Source of the DNA: the human T2T-CHM13v2.0 reference genome, Homo sapiens
Direction: 5' to 3' (one strand)
Assembly: GCF_009914755.1 (NCBI RefSeq)
Contig: NC_060928.1
DNA length: 64,000 nt
Shown here piece after piece: positions 41,572-54,412 of this stretch (positions are counted from its first letter, which is position 1; each line of letters opens with the position of its first letter). The position numbers were made by a program, and so were the translations under genes. The notes under the pieces were generated by a model. The model was not told the origin of the DNA, did not search any database, and saw only the letters and a list, made by a program, of their open reading frames with translations.

Positions 41572-42292
41572 CTGTATTTTCTAGGGCTACCATAACAAAG
41601 CCCCACAACTGACAGGCTTAAGCAACAGAAACGTATTGTCTCACAGTTCTGGAGGCTGGAAGTTCAGGATCACGGTGTCAGCATGGCCCTGCTTCCTCTG
41701 AAGTGGGTGGGAAAGGCTCTTCTCCAGGGCCCTCTTCCAGCTCTGGCAGCTTCTTGGCTTGTGGCAGCATAACTCTGCTCTTCACATGGCATTTTCCCTG
41801 TGTGCGTGTCGGCGTCCAAATTTCTCCTTTTGATAAGGACACTCATCATACTGAATTTGGGGCCCAGCCCATTTCAATATGACTTCATCATAATGTGTGT
41901 ATATAAGCAAGTATTAGTTATCCCTCAATCAACTGTTATACATTTGCATACAAATCAGTCCCACACGAATATCGACCACTACTGAAAATCCTTAACATTA
42001 CATAGTACATTCATTCATTCACTAGACATAGCACATTTCAGTCAAATCCAACCTCATCAACATGGATATCCTCTTCCATATTTTGGTCTCTTAATCTACC
42101 AACCTCCGAGAAATCATCATCCCACTCAGGCGTGTTACCCTCCTCGCTCCGGGCCCATAACACTTGGGAGCATAATGACCTCATCATCTGTGATGACCTT
42201 ATTTCCAGATAAGGCCACATTCTATGGTAATGGGAATTTGGACTTTGGTATGTGAATTTTGGAGGAAAAGGGACTCAATTAAATTCATAACA
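41572..42292 (-). mobile_element. MLT1C-like LTR interrupted by a NUMT
   Basis: tgtattttctagggctaccataacaaag ... atatgacttcatc | catctgtgatgaccttatttccagataaggccacattc. Confidence 0.8.
41893..42170 (+). other. NUMT: nuclear copy of the mitochondrial control region (HVS-I into the central conserved domain)
   Basis: Colinear D-loop hallmarks: taagcaagta, ccttaacattacatagtacat, catagcacatt, cagtcaaatcc, catggat, cctccgagaaatca. CTCCTCGCTCCGGGCCCATAACACTTGGG (42140-42168) is identical to recalled human mtDNA. Confidence 0.92.
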
Positions 42293-42314
42293 CCCCTGTG
42301 TTCTCTGTATGCGA

Positions 42315-42582
42315 TTTTTTTTTTTTTTTTTTTTTGAGATGGAGTCTCGTTCTGTCACCGAGACTGGAGTGCGGCGGTGCCATCTCGGCTCACTGCAAGC
42401 TCCGTCTCCCAGGTTCATGCCATTCTCTGGCCTCAGCCTCCTAAGTAGCTGGGACTACAGGCGCCCACCACCACACCTGGCTAAGTTTTTGTATTTTTGG
42501 TAGAGACAGGGTTTCACCGTGTTAGCCAGGATGGTCTCAATCTCTTGACCTCATGATCCACCCACCTTGGCCTCCCAAAGTG
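42315..42582 (-). mobile_element. AluY, slightly 5'-truncated
   Basis: gcaagctccgtctcccaggttcatgccattc; ccgtgttagccaggatggtctc; ends after cctcccaaagtg. Confidence 0.93.
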
Positions 42583-42859
42583 GGGATTTTCACAAATAAG
42601 AAATAGGCTAGGATGTGTGTGAGACCTAGTAAGGGCTTCCTAGCACGGGACCCAGATAGAGGCAGATTCACCACCGAGATCCCCAACCCTGCCTGTGTGG
42701 AGTGAGGGACTGCCCAAGTCAGACCAAGAGCTTGGAGGACCAGGAGAGAGGTCCCATTCCTGGTAAGAGGAACCTGGGCAGAGCCAAGCTAAGTAGGGCC
42801 AGTTTGCTCACCCTAAATTCACCCGTCACATCATCACTTCACCTCCCTTGGTGAGGGAG

Positions 42860-45602
42860 TGCTATGGTCTGAATGTTTGTGTCCCCACAAAATTCAAAGG
42901 TTGAAACTGTAATCCCCAAGGTGATGGTGTTAGGAGGTGCGGCTGTGTTAGTCCATTCTCACACTGCTGTGAAGAACTACCTGAGAGTGGGTAATTTATG
43001 AAGAAAAGAGGTTTAATTGACTCACAATTCCACAGGCTGTTCAGGAGGCATGGCTGGGGAGGCCTCAGGAAAGTTATAATCATGGCAGAAGGTGAAGGGG
43101 AAGCAAGCACGTCTTCACATGGCTGGCAGGAGTCAGGGGAAGTGCTACACACTTTTATAAACAACAAGATCTTGTGATAACTAATTCATTATTATGAGAA
43201 CAGCAAAAGAGAAATCCACCCTTAGGATCCAATCACCTCCCACCAGGCCCCTCTTCCAACACTGGGGATTACAATTAGACATGAGATTTGGACAGAAACA
43301 CAGACACACACCGTATTATTTCACCTTCTGCCCTTCCCAGATATCATGTTCTTCTCACATTTCAAAATACAATCATGCCTTCCCAACAGTCCTCCAAAGT
43401 CTTAACTCATTTGAGCATTAACTCAAAAGTCCAAAGTCTCATCTGAGACAATACCAGTAACTTCCACCTATGAGTCTGTAAAATCAAAAACAAGTTAGTT
43501 ACTTCCAAGGTACAATGGGCATTACAGGCATTGGGTAAATACAACTGTTCCAAAAGGGAGAGATCAGCTAAAACAAAGGAGCCTCATGCAAGTCCAAAAC
43601 CCAGCAGGGCAGTCATTAAATCTTAAAGCTCCAAAATAATCTTTGACTCCATATCTCACATCCAGGCCACACTGATGCAAGGGGTGGGTTCCCAAGGCCT
43701 TGGGCATCTCTGCCCGTGTTGCTCTGCATGGTACAGCCCCCTCGGCTGCCTTCACAGGTTGGCATTGAGTGATTGTGGCTTTTCTAGGTGCACGGTGCAA
43801 GCTGTTGGAGGGTATACCATTCTGGGGGTTGGATAATGGTGGGCCCTCTTCTCACAACTCCACTAGGCAGTGCCCCAGTGGGGACTTTCTGTGGGGGCTC
43901 CAACCCCACATTTCCCCTTCACCCTTCCCTAGTAGAATTTCTCAACGAGGGCCCCACCCCTGCAGCAGACTTCTACCTGGACATCCAGACATTTCCATAC
44001 ATTCTCTGAAATCTAGGTGGAGGCTCCCAAGCCTCAGCTCTTACCCTCTGAACACCCACAGGTTTAACATCACATGGAAACTGCCAAGGCTTATGGCTTG
44101 CACCCTTTGGAGCAGTGGCCTGAGATGTATCTAAGGCCTTTTAACTATGGCTGGAGCTGGAGTGGCTGGGATGCAGGGAGCAGTGTCTCGAGGTTAGGCA
44201 GGGCAGCAGAGCCCTGGACCTGGCAGCAGAACCAGTTTTTCCTTTTAGGCCTCCAGGCCTATGATGGGAGGGACTGCTGCAGAGGTCTCTGGAATGCCTT
44301 TGAGGCATTTTCCCCATTGTCTTGGCTGTTAACATTCAGCTCCCTTTTACTCAAACAAATTTCTGCAGCCAGCTTTAAACCCTCCCAAGAAAATGGGTTT
44401 TTCTTTTCTACCACATGGCCAGGCTGCATTTTCCAAACTTTTACATTCTGCTTCCCATTTACATATAAGTTCCATTTCCAGGTCACTTTTTTACTCATGA
44501 ATATAAACATAGGCTGTTAGAGGCAGCCAAGCCACATCTTGAACATTTTGCTGCTTAGAAATTTCTTTTACCACATGCCATAAATCATCACTCTCAAGTT
44601 CAAAATTCCACATATCTCTAGGGCCTCCAACCTCTTTGCCAACACATAAAAAAAGTGACCTTTGCTCCAGTTCCCAATAGGTTCCTCATCTCCATCTGAC
44701 ACTACCTCAGCCTGGACTTCATTGTTCATATCACTCTGCATTTTGGTCACAATTTAACAAGTTTCTAGGGAGTTCCAAAATTTCCCTCATCTTCCTGTCT
44801 TCATCTGAGCCCTCCGCACTCTTCCAACCTCTGCCAGTTACCCAGTTCCAAAGTCGCTTACATATTTTCAGGAGTCTTTATAGCAATGTCCCACTACTGG
44901 TACCAATTTTCTATATTAGTTTGTTGTCACACTGCTATAAAGAACTACCTGAGACTAGGTAATTTATGAAGAAGAGGTTTAATTGACTCACAGTTCCACA
45001 GGCTGTACAGGAGTCATGGTTGGTGAGGCCTCAGGGAACTTATAATCATGGCGGAAGGTGAAGGGGAAGTAAGTAGGTCCTCACATGGATGGCAGGAGTT
45101 TGGGGGGTGGGGGAGAAGTGCTACACACTTTTATAAAACAGTCAGATCTTGTGGGAACTCACTCACTAGTACAATAACAGCAAGGGGGAAATCCAACCCC
45201 ATAATCCAATCACCTCCCACCAGGTCCCTCTTCCAACACTGGTGATTACAATTGTCCCTCTTCCAACACTGATGATTACAATCAGACATGAGATTTGGGT
45301 GGGAACACAGACGTAAACCGTATCAGAGGCCTTTGAGAGGTGATTAGGTCATGAGGGTGGAACCTGCATGAATGGGATAAGTGCCCTTATTAAAGGGACC
45401 CCAGAAAGTTCCCTCACCCTTTCCACCATGTGAGAACACAGCAAGAAGTTGCCACCTCTGAACCAGGAAGCAGGCCCTCCACAGACACCAAATCTGTCAG
45501 GGCCTTGATCTTGGACTTCCCAGCCTCCAGAACTGTGAGAAACACATGTCTGTTGTTAATCAGTCTATGACATTCTGTTACAGCAGCCCAAACGGACTGA
45601 GA
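42860..45602 (+). mobile_element. MLT1A0 LTR split in two (42860-42943 and 45326-45602) by an MST provirus
   Basis: tgctatggtctgaatgtttgtgtcccc...aggtgcggc | gaggcctttgagaggtgattaggtcatgagggtgg ... ggactgaga. Confidence 0.85.
42944..45325 (-). mobile_element. Full-length MST (MaLR) element: 3' LTR 42944-43318, internal region 43319-44911, 5' LTR 44912-45325
   Basis: Two similar LTRs, a typical MaLR internal region, the antisense leader ctggtaccaattttc next to the right LTR, and TSD gcggc/gaggc. Confidence 0.92.
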
Positions 45603-45655
45603 TGGGGAGTGAAGGGCTGGAAAGAAGCTAATAAGGTACTTAGGACTAGTCCTTC

Positions 45656-46038
45656 TGGTATGGTTTGGATCTGTGTCTTCCCCCAAATCTCATGTCAAAT
45701 GGTAATCTCCAGTGTTGGAGGTGGGGCCTGGTGGGAGTTGATGAGAGCCTGGGGGTGTTCTCATGAATGACTGAGTTCTTGTGAGCTCTGGTTGTTTAAA
45801 TGCAGGTAGCACCTACCCCCGTCTCTCTTCCTCCTGCTCCATCCATGTGACTTGTCTGCCTCCCCTTCGCCTTTCACCATGATTGTACATTTTCTGAGGC
45901 CTCTCCAGAAACCAAGGAGGTGCCACTATGCCTGCTGCACAGCCTGTAGAACCATGAGCCACCAGTTAAACCCCTTTTCTTTATAAATTACCTAGACTCA
46001 GGTATCCTTTTATAGCAATGCGAGAACAAACTAATGCA
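45656..46038 (+). mobile_element. MSTA-like solo LTR
   Basis: tggtatggtttggatctgtgtc...caaatctcatgtcaaat ... gaacaaactaatgca, with TSD ccttc/ccctc. Confidence 0.88.
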
Positions 46039-48489
46039 CCCTCCTCGTGGAAATTGAAAGTGAAGGACAATCCTTCCCTCCTATATTGCTGCTAACACTA
46101 GGTCCGATTCCAGCTCGGCCTGGTAAGAATAATCTTAATTATGCACTGTTCCCAGGACAGTATTTGATACTGATCTGGAGAAACATGTGACCTAGCCCCT
46201 GTCTTCATGAGGCACACCTGTCTGGAAAAGAGCCCCATATGATGGAATGAGTTAGGAGCAGAGTAGAGGAAGCAGTGGTCTTGCCACCCCATGACCCAGG
46301 GTGGAGGCAGTGCCATCCGTGGGCAGCTGCCTATTCTTAGTTCATTTTACTTGTCGGAGCTTCATTGCCCTCAAGAGAGAATGGCTTAAAGAAATAGGAA
46401 GACAATGGGGCTCAGAGTGAAACCTACCTGGGGCTTGAATTCTGGCTGCAGGAGCTTGGGTGAGACAGTCACTTTCTCAACTGTTTACACCACGGATGGG
46501 ATGACTAGACAATGTTCAGACAGGCCCTGCCCCAGCGAACTCCTCCATCTATTGAGATTGTTCTGCCCCCAAAAAGATGGCCTCTGCTTGGCTTTCATGA
46601 AGTCTCACCTGAGTGCATCTCATCAGCAGAATCGAAATCTCGGCCAGAACCCTTGCTGCAAGAGAGTTAGAAAATGCATTTTCCCCCTTCTGGCTCTTGT
46701 GATACAGGAGGTAGCAAAGAAAGGAGTGGGAGAGGATGCTAAGTGTGAGAATCTAGTGTCCAGCATGGTACCTCCTGGAGTCATTGCAAGGAGTAGATCA
46801 TAGTAGGGAAAGCGTTGCAAAAACTTCTCCAAAGTGTTACTAATTGTGATTAATATGATTCATAAAATCACATGCTCAATACTGTGAGATAGAAAGGAAG
46901 TGTATTAGTCAGGGAGCCTTGGCTCTGCAGCACTAATGAACGTCAGAAGCTACTGGCTTGACATTAAGAATCATGGACATAGAGAAATGGTGGAATAACA
47001 CTAAAAATTTCTGAGCTCTCTCAAAAGCCTTGGACTGCATGCTTTCCATGCAGCATCAGCTCAAACTGGGGGCACATGCCTGGCAGGCTTTATGGAATCA
47101 CAGGGCATGGGGGCACCAGAATTAGCTGGGGATGGAAGTGTCCTTCCCAAATCTCAGCGAAAGAGCTCAGTAAAGCCCAGAAATGTTGCATTTCTTGTCA
47201 CTGGTTGTTGTTTTCCACTCTTCACCTGTGCATGGGGGCAGCCTGGAGCAGACAGATGATTTTTTAAGGCCCTGCATTCCTACCCCACGACCAAGGTACA
47301 GAAGGAAGCCAAATTAAATGGAACAGAAAAAAAATCAAAGGCTCATTTTATTCTTTATCAGGCAAAGACATGTGCTGAAAACATAGTCTTCCTACTGTCA
47401 TAAGCCAAAAGAAGCTTGGATAAGCTAGTGCCATGGAATTTGATTGGGCTTCTTTTTTCCTTTTACCATTGTCCTGTGATAAGTTTGCTGTGATCTCCAT
47501 GAAGATAAATGAGAAGAAAAGAATAGTTCTGTGTGGTGCCCAGAGTGTTTGATCCTGTGTTGAACAGTGGCAGCCAATGTTACAATCAGCGCCCACGGCT
47601 CCAAAGTGCAATTATTATTAGCAGAGAGCCAGGGTTGCTGGAAACGGCTGGAGCCTACCAGGGGAGGGAGCTGAAGGGCCCACAGCCCTGATTCTCATCT
47701 CTTTTGGGCTTCAGCTGCTTCTTTGAAGCAGCACCACTTTAACCTCTGGCTTAGGCATAATTTGGGTCCTGTAAACCAGCTGAGATGGGGAGAGATGTTC
47801 ACCTGAGATTTATTCCGAATTCAAGAATGATGAAAGTGAAACCAGCCAGAGAATACTTGAAAGCAGATGACCGTGTGTAGTTTCCCTTTCATCCTAACTC
47901 TTGGTCTTCCTTCCTCTAGAGGGAGCAATATTTGCACCCACTCCCAGGAATTTCTAGGGAAGCATGGCACCCATAAAAGTGTTCATAAAAAGAGCAAGGC
48001 CTGCCCCTACAAGCAGACGTCCTCTTCTCCCAGGCTGTGGTCTTGGAGGTCCCAGTAAGACTGCTATACCAGGCTACAGCCAGGCTCGAATTCCTTTGAT
48101 AAACACCACGTGGGGTTATTCCATCAGGTTGCTGCAGTATTAAAAATCAAGAGTTAAAATGGAATGTTGTCAATACTCCTCTGACTATTATGATATCCCT
48201 ACAAACAATAAGGAATGAAGAAAGGTGATAGGATTTGACTGCTCAAAGGTCTCTTTCATTTCTGGGTAGTTTATAAATAATAGAAGTTTATTTCACACAG
48301 TTCTGGGGGCTTGGAAGTCCAAGATCGTGGGCAGATTCAGTGTCTGGTGAGGGCTGCTCTCTGCTTCCAAGTTGATATCTTGTAGTTGCGTCCTCTCATG
48401 GCAGAAGATGGAAGATCAAAACGGTGAATGCAGTGTGAGGCCTGTTTCATGAGGTGAATAATCCAGTCACCTCCTAAAGGCCCCATCTC

Positions 48490-48785
48490 TTTTTTTTTTT
48501 TTTTGAGATGGTGTCTCACTCTGTCACCCAGGCTGGAGTGCAGTGGTGCTATCTCAGCTCACTGCAAGCTCCGTTTCCTGGGTTCATGCCATTCTTCTGC
48601 CCCAGCTTCCCAAGTAACTGGGACTACAGGTGCCCGCCACCATGCCCAGCTAATTTTTTGTATTTTTAGTAGAGATGGGGTTTCACTGTGTTAGCCAGGA
48701 TGGTCTCAATCTCCTGACCTCGTGATCTGCCCACCTCGGCCTCCCAAAGTGCTGGGATTACAGGCGTGAGCCACTGTGCCCGGCC
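48490..48785 (-). mobile_element. AluY
   Basis: Y diagnostics (gcaagctcc, ttcatgccattct, gacctcgtgatc) with TSD GGCCCCATCTCTT at 48479-91 and 48788-800. Confidence 0.95.
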
Positions 48786-48804
48786 AGGGCCCCATCTCTT
48801 AATG

Positions 48805-49138
48805 TAGTTGGTCCTCTGTATCCATGGGTTCAGTTCAACCAGCCGTGGATAAAAAGTGGTCAAAAATGATTTCGTAGCAGACAAAAAGTAACAATGAAAC
48901 AATAAAAAATAATACAGATATAAACAATATATACAACTAAAAATAGCTACTTGCATAGCCTTTCCATTGTATTAGGCATTATAATTAATCTAGAGATGAT
49001 TTAAAGTGTGTGGGAGGTTGTATGCAGGTTAAATGAAGTACTAAGACATTTTATATAAAAGGCTTGACTGTCCATAGATTATAGTATTCCTGTGGTGTCC
49101 TGGAACCAGTTCCCCATGTGAATACTGAGGCATGGCTG
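48805..49138. mobile_element. MER2 (Tigger-derived MITE)
   Basis: agttggtcctctgtatccatgggttc ... attgtattaggcattataattaatctagagatgatttaaagt ... tcctggaaccagttcccc. Confidence 0.85.
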
Positions 49139-50999
49139 TAACTTATTTGATTAAGTTTCAACATATGAATTTTGACAAATACATTTGAACCATAGGAGCC
49201 TCCACCAAGAACCCAACCATGCTGGCACCCTGATCTCAGACTACTGGATTTTGCAACTGTGGGAAAGAAATGGCTGTTGTTTAACTCACCCAGTTAAGAG
49301 CATTTTGTTGTAGCAGCCCAAACTGACTAAGACATAGAGATACCACTCTCTGTGGTAGTGCATTTCCTGGTAGTGGAAGTATGAGCGCAAAAACTAGAGT
49401 AGAAAAAGCTAGTCTATCAATCATGTAAGTCCTGGGGTCAGTTTTGAAGAATTAGTGAAAATCTACCAAGAAGTCAAGAGGGAAGAACATTCCAAGGGGT
49501 GTCAAAGGGTTGGAAATGAGATGAATTTCCATGTGTTCAAAGAAAGAAGAGATGCATGTCTGGAGTACAGGATACGTAAACAGGCCTGGGAGCACGGTTA
49601 TTGATTATCGATACTCCATTAGCATTTGTATTAATGGGTCATACACAATGTCCTGATCTCCTTCTCTTTGATTTTTGGATGTTTTCAGTTTATGGAAAGT
49701 AAACCAGTTCGTATTTTCACATTCTATAGTAAACTTTCATTCTCCTGAGAAGGAACTCATAGGAAATCTTGTTGGGCACTAATTTTCACTTTCCTACATC
49801 TTCGGTTGCCCATTAGATGAGGCCCACTGGGAAGTCACAGCTCATCAGTTAGCACAGCCAGGGGAAAGCAGAAGTGGAATCCTGCTGTCTGTCGTGCAGG
49901 GTGTTGCCCACTGTACCTGAATTCCTGGGTGGAAGCAGCATGTCTGTTCCAGAGCAACCCTGAAGGCCAGGAGGTAACGAGATCAGGACTGTTTGACCCA
50001 GCTCTGTAGGAGGAGAGTGGGACGGGGAAAGCTCCACTCTGGCTTCTGCATATATCAGCCTTGAGACCTTGGCCCCAACACTAGTGACTGGAACCTCAGG
50101 TTATTATTCTGTAAAGACAAGGTTAGTAATACCCTCCTCTCAGTAGCACTTGAAGGATTAAGATGAGATTTGACACCTATTCTGCACCAGTTATTAACCC
50201 TAAATAACAGTGGCTTAAAGGAGCCAGGGGTTGCATTTTCCCCCTCTTTATGAGTTTCCCTGCTTTGGTCCTTGCCTCTGTAATCCATTCACAGCAGCTG
50301 AAAGAGTATTCAAAATTGAGTCCGATCATATCAAAACCCTCTCACTTGGAGTAAAGCCACCATCCTGTCTCAGCCCAGAAGGTCTGACACATTTTTCCCT
50401 TCCCTTCCTGAGCTCCTTTCCTACTCCTTCCCTTTTTCTCCCTGGCATCTTTGCTGGTTCCCCACACAGCCCTTGTGCTGACATTCCCCTCTGTCAGCTG
50501 CCCTCTTCCTCCAGAAACCCTGTTGACAGCTTGCTTTCCTGTTCTTCAGATCTTTGCTCAAATGTCATGTTCTCAGTTCCTAACCATCCTGTTAAGCCCT
50601 ATAACTACCCCACAAGGCCCTATTAATATTATCCCCTTCTTACAGTTGAGGAATCTGAGGCTTTCAGAGCTTAAATAACCTGTCTAAGTCACATAGTCAG
50701 TAAGGGTCTGCATCAGTTGGGATACTAGCAGTAGCAAGGAACAAAGAGCCCAACTTAAACAGTCCTAGATAGTAAAGGGTATTTTTTAGCTGAAGTTCAG
50801 TGGAATCAGGCTTCAGGCAGGGTTTGATCAGGCTCTGGCACCATTTCTCTGCTATACTTGAAGCTCTGCCTTCTCCATGGACAGCCTACATCTTTATGCT
50901 GTTTTTCCTTGTGGTCGCAAATAGCTTCTGCAGTTCTAGGGAATCATATCCATGCATGACACTGTCCAAAGACAAAGAATATCATTTTGGGTAGCTCCT

Positions 51000-52350
51000 G
51001 AAAATTGGAAAATTATAAGAGAAACAACACTTAAAACAAAATTAACATTATTTGCATTTTTAAAACTTCTTTATAGCAAAAGGCACTATAAACAAAGTCA
51101 AAACACAAACAATAGGCTAGGAGAAAATATTTGCAATACACATAGCAGAGAAAAGGGCAAATGTATCTTGAAGACAAGGAGCTCCCAGTGAAAACTGACC
51201 AAGGTTCTGAGAGGCTGATCACATGGGAAACGGGCAGCCTCCTCTGCAGCGAGGTAACATTTCTCACCATATAACTTGCAAAACAAAACCACTGATAACA
51301 ACTAGTGCTGGCAAAGTGCAGAGAAATACACATGCTCATATTCTGTTTATAGTGCCATCAATTATAACTTTTTGGAACATAATATGCGTACCCTTGGTCC
51401 CAGCAATCCCACTTCTGGGGATTTACTCAAAATAAAAGTACTAATATGTAAAGATATATTCAGGAATTCTTGTCACATATTCTATAGTAACAAGACAAAC
51501 AATTAAGCAAGCAAAATTGGAAACAACCTGAATACCCATAATAGGGAATTGCTGAATAAATGATACATTGTATGATACAGACATCCTATGGAATACTGTG
51601 TAACTATAGGTCCATGGCTTCTTATCTGAAACCCTTGGGGCAGATATGTTTTCATAATTTAGAATTTTTTTCAGATGTAAAAATTCATTTATATTAAATA
51701 ACATATATGATAATAATATAAAATAACGTGTTTAACACAATATGTAATAATATCTTAAATAATATATTTTTATACTATGTAATACTCCATACAGGTTTGG
51801 AGGAACACCTTTGTCAAATACATTAATATTTCTACCGCAAAACGTGGATATTCATCCAAAATGGAATAAATAAAACTAAAAAAGAATGTTTCGGGTCAAA
51901 TCTTACCACCAAAATAATTGTGGAAAAAATTGGACTTAGAATGGAGGATAAAGGATTGTGGATGTCATAGATAGACCTATGTATACTAGCTTGGGGGACA
52001 TTGGGGAGCACTGTGGGTATATATTCTTAGGCACACTCCATGATACATGGCTAAATTCAAAAGTAATTTTTAGAGTGACCCATGCAGTATGATCTCATTT
52101 GGTTTGCAAGAACAAACCAAAGCCCCCATATATATGGATATACATTTGCATAAGCAAAGAGAAATCATATATACATTTGCATAAGCAAAGAGAAATCATG
52201 GAGGAGCCAGATGAATTGTGTGATTGATTACATGGGGGTGGGAGAGACATTGAGGGGCTTAAAGGGGTAACCCAAAAACATGTCTGTATTCTTTCACTTA
52301 TTTTAATGAGCTGGCATCACTTTCATAATGAAAATACCAAACTTTTGAAA
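51000..52350 (+). mobile_element. Old L1ME-type 3' fragments with a Tigger-like MITE at about 51606-51970
   Basis: aggctaggagaaaatatttgcaata, cccagcaatcccacttctggggatttact, ttggaaacaacctgaata. The MITE has inverted-repeat-like ends (aggtccatggcttcttatc ... gataaaggattgtgga). Confidence 0.6.
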
Positions 52351-54241
52351 GAGGGAGAAGGCGCAAGAAAACCAAACAAAAACCATATTTGAAGGCTTCA
52401 TAGTCCTCTTCCAATGCTGACATGTGTCACTCTGTTTGGAACTGTGTGGGTGTGGGGTACAGCAGTGACTACAACATACACTCACCTTCACATGCCTCAA
52501 AGTGCAAAACAGTAATGAGTTTGCTTTCTTGTTGGTATTAGAAATAAGGGAATAGGAGGGTGCAGGAGATAGATTTGTCCTGGCTGGAGAAGATGGGTTT
52601 TGAGCCACTCCTCGGCAGGATAATAATGCTAAAAGCAAACACTTACGAGAAGCTTCTCTACTTTCTGCATGTCACCATCACTCTAACCGTTTCATGTGTA
52701 TAAACTCCCTGATTTCTGCGACAGCCTTCTGAGATGGGTATTTTATTATCATCATCCCATTTTATAGGTGAGGAAACTGAAGCCCAGGGAGATTAAATTA
52801 TTTGCCCAAGGTTATACAGCTACTCCCAACAAAGCTGAGGCCCAAACCAAGGCAGTCTGGCTCAGAGTGTGTGCACCCAACTACTACTACACACTGCCAC
52901 TTTTCAGACAGGACCATGGATGGTTGAATAGAGACATACTCATTGCAGCCACAGGGAGGGGCCTGAGGAAGCCCCAGAGGCTAAAGTAGCCTGGGTATGT
53001 TCTAGGAATGTTGCCTAGGTAGGAATACTGTGCATCCCAGCAAAGACCTGGTTGGGTGACTTAAGCTTCATCCACAAGTATCTGAAGAGTATTATGGATC
53101 CTCACTGAATAAATACCTTGCTGCTGCATCTCACCTAGGATCACTGGACAGATAGTTGGCTGAGCCGCTTGCTCACATGTCAGTGCTGGCAGTTGAGTCT
53201 GAGATTAGAGGGTGGTATGTTAAACTGCTGGTGCTTTTTTTGTCCACTGTAGCCGATCACATCAGGCATGCCCCTCCCATATGTAGTCCCATGGGCTTCT
53301 CAGCATGCCTCAATGCACCTGCTCCAGAATGTGTTTTCCCGTCTCTTGGTGATGCCTTCCAAGTCCCTCAAAGTCAATTTTGCATGTGCCACCCATCTAT
53401 GCATTTAAGTCCCACATGCCAAATGCCACTCTTAGGTTTGGTGAAAATCCAGCCAGCCATTTTCACATGATGTGATGACAGACAAATAGAGAGAAATGTA
53501 ATTGCAGTTATAACTATTATCCAAGGCTTTCTGAGCTGGAGTCTTATATGTACCAAATTCCCCAAAAAGCAAGTACTGACCAAAATTTCCCAAAAAACAA
53601 GTACTGACCATTTGGGTGTTTCCTTCCTCCCTGTCCCCTTCCTTCCTTCTCTTCTGTTTCCCTCTTTTATCTGCACATCACTTAGTTTCCTTCCCTTCTT
53701 CTCTTTCCCTTTTCCTTCCTTGTCATGTTTCTTGAACACCTACTTTGTAGGTGCACCCAGCCTATCCATGCCCATCTGCTGCCATCACTTCATCCTGGAT
53801 GGAAGGTGGTCTCAACACCACAGCCTTCTCCCTACTAAATTCCTCAATTACAGTACTAAGGTCTCCAATGACCATAGCGGACAAACAGCAGAACAAACAG
53901 TGTCCTCTGGGTGGGAGAATCCTCTTCACCTACCCCCGCCCCAGCCATAGCCCACCTACAGTTTTCCTGAGAGAAGGCGTCTGGAGTGACCTGTCTCAGT
54001 TATTTCTAGGAGCTTTAATTCTCCACATCAGTGTCTCCAAACTTTTAATTCATAAAAAATGTATCCTGCCCCTCAATATATTTATGTAAAAATAATATGC
54101 ATAAATTACCAAATGAATTTACATTCTGAAACATGCACACAAAATAAACATTTTTAAAGTATCAGATACGATAGTATTATAAATAGAAGTTCTAATGTTT
54201 TCTTCACGGTATCTCACCTTGCAAACCACAGCTTTAAATAA

Positions 54242-54412
<171 letters not shown>

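Larger units (their letters stand above)
48260..49195 (-). mobile_element. MSTD/MLT1A-type LTR containing an AluY and a MER2
   Basis: ctgggtagtttataaataatagaagtttatttcacacagttctgg ... cacctcctaaaggcccc | ttaagtttcaacatatgaatttt. Confidence 0.7.

Noticed and set aside
41893-42170. Functional mitochondrial gene or tRNA, or assembly contamination
   Set aside because: It matches only the non-coding control region, is diverged from modern mtDNA, and is embedded in a split LTR, consistent with a real nuclear insertion.
43564-44750. ORFs in the MST internal region as retroviral genes
   Set aside because: They are short, fragmented across frames, and show no recognisable gag/pol motifs. MaLR elements are non-autonomous.
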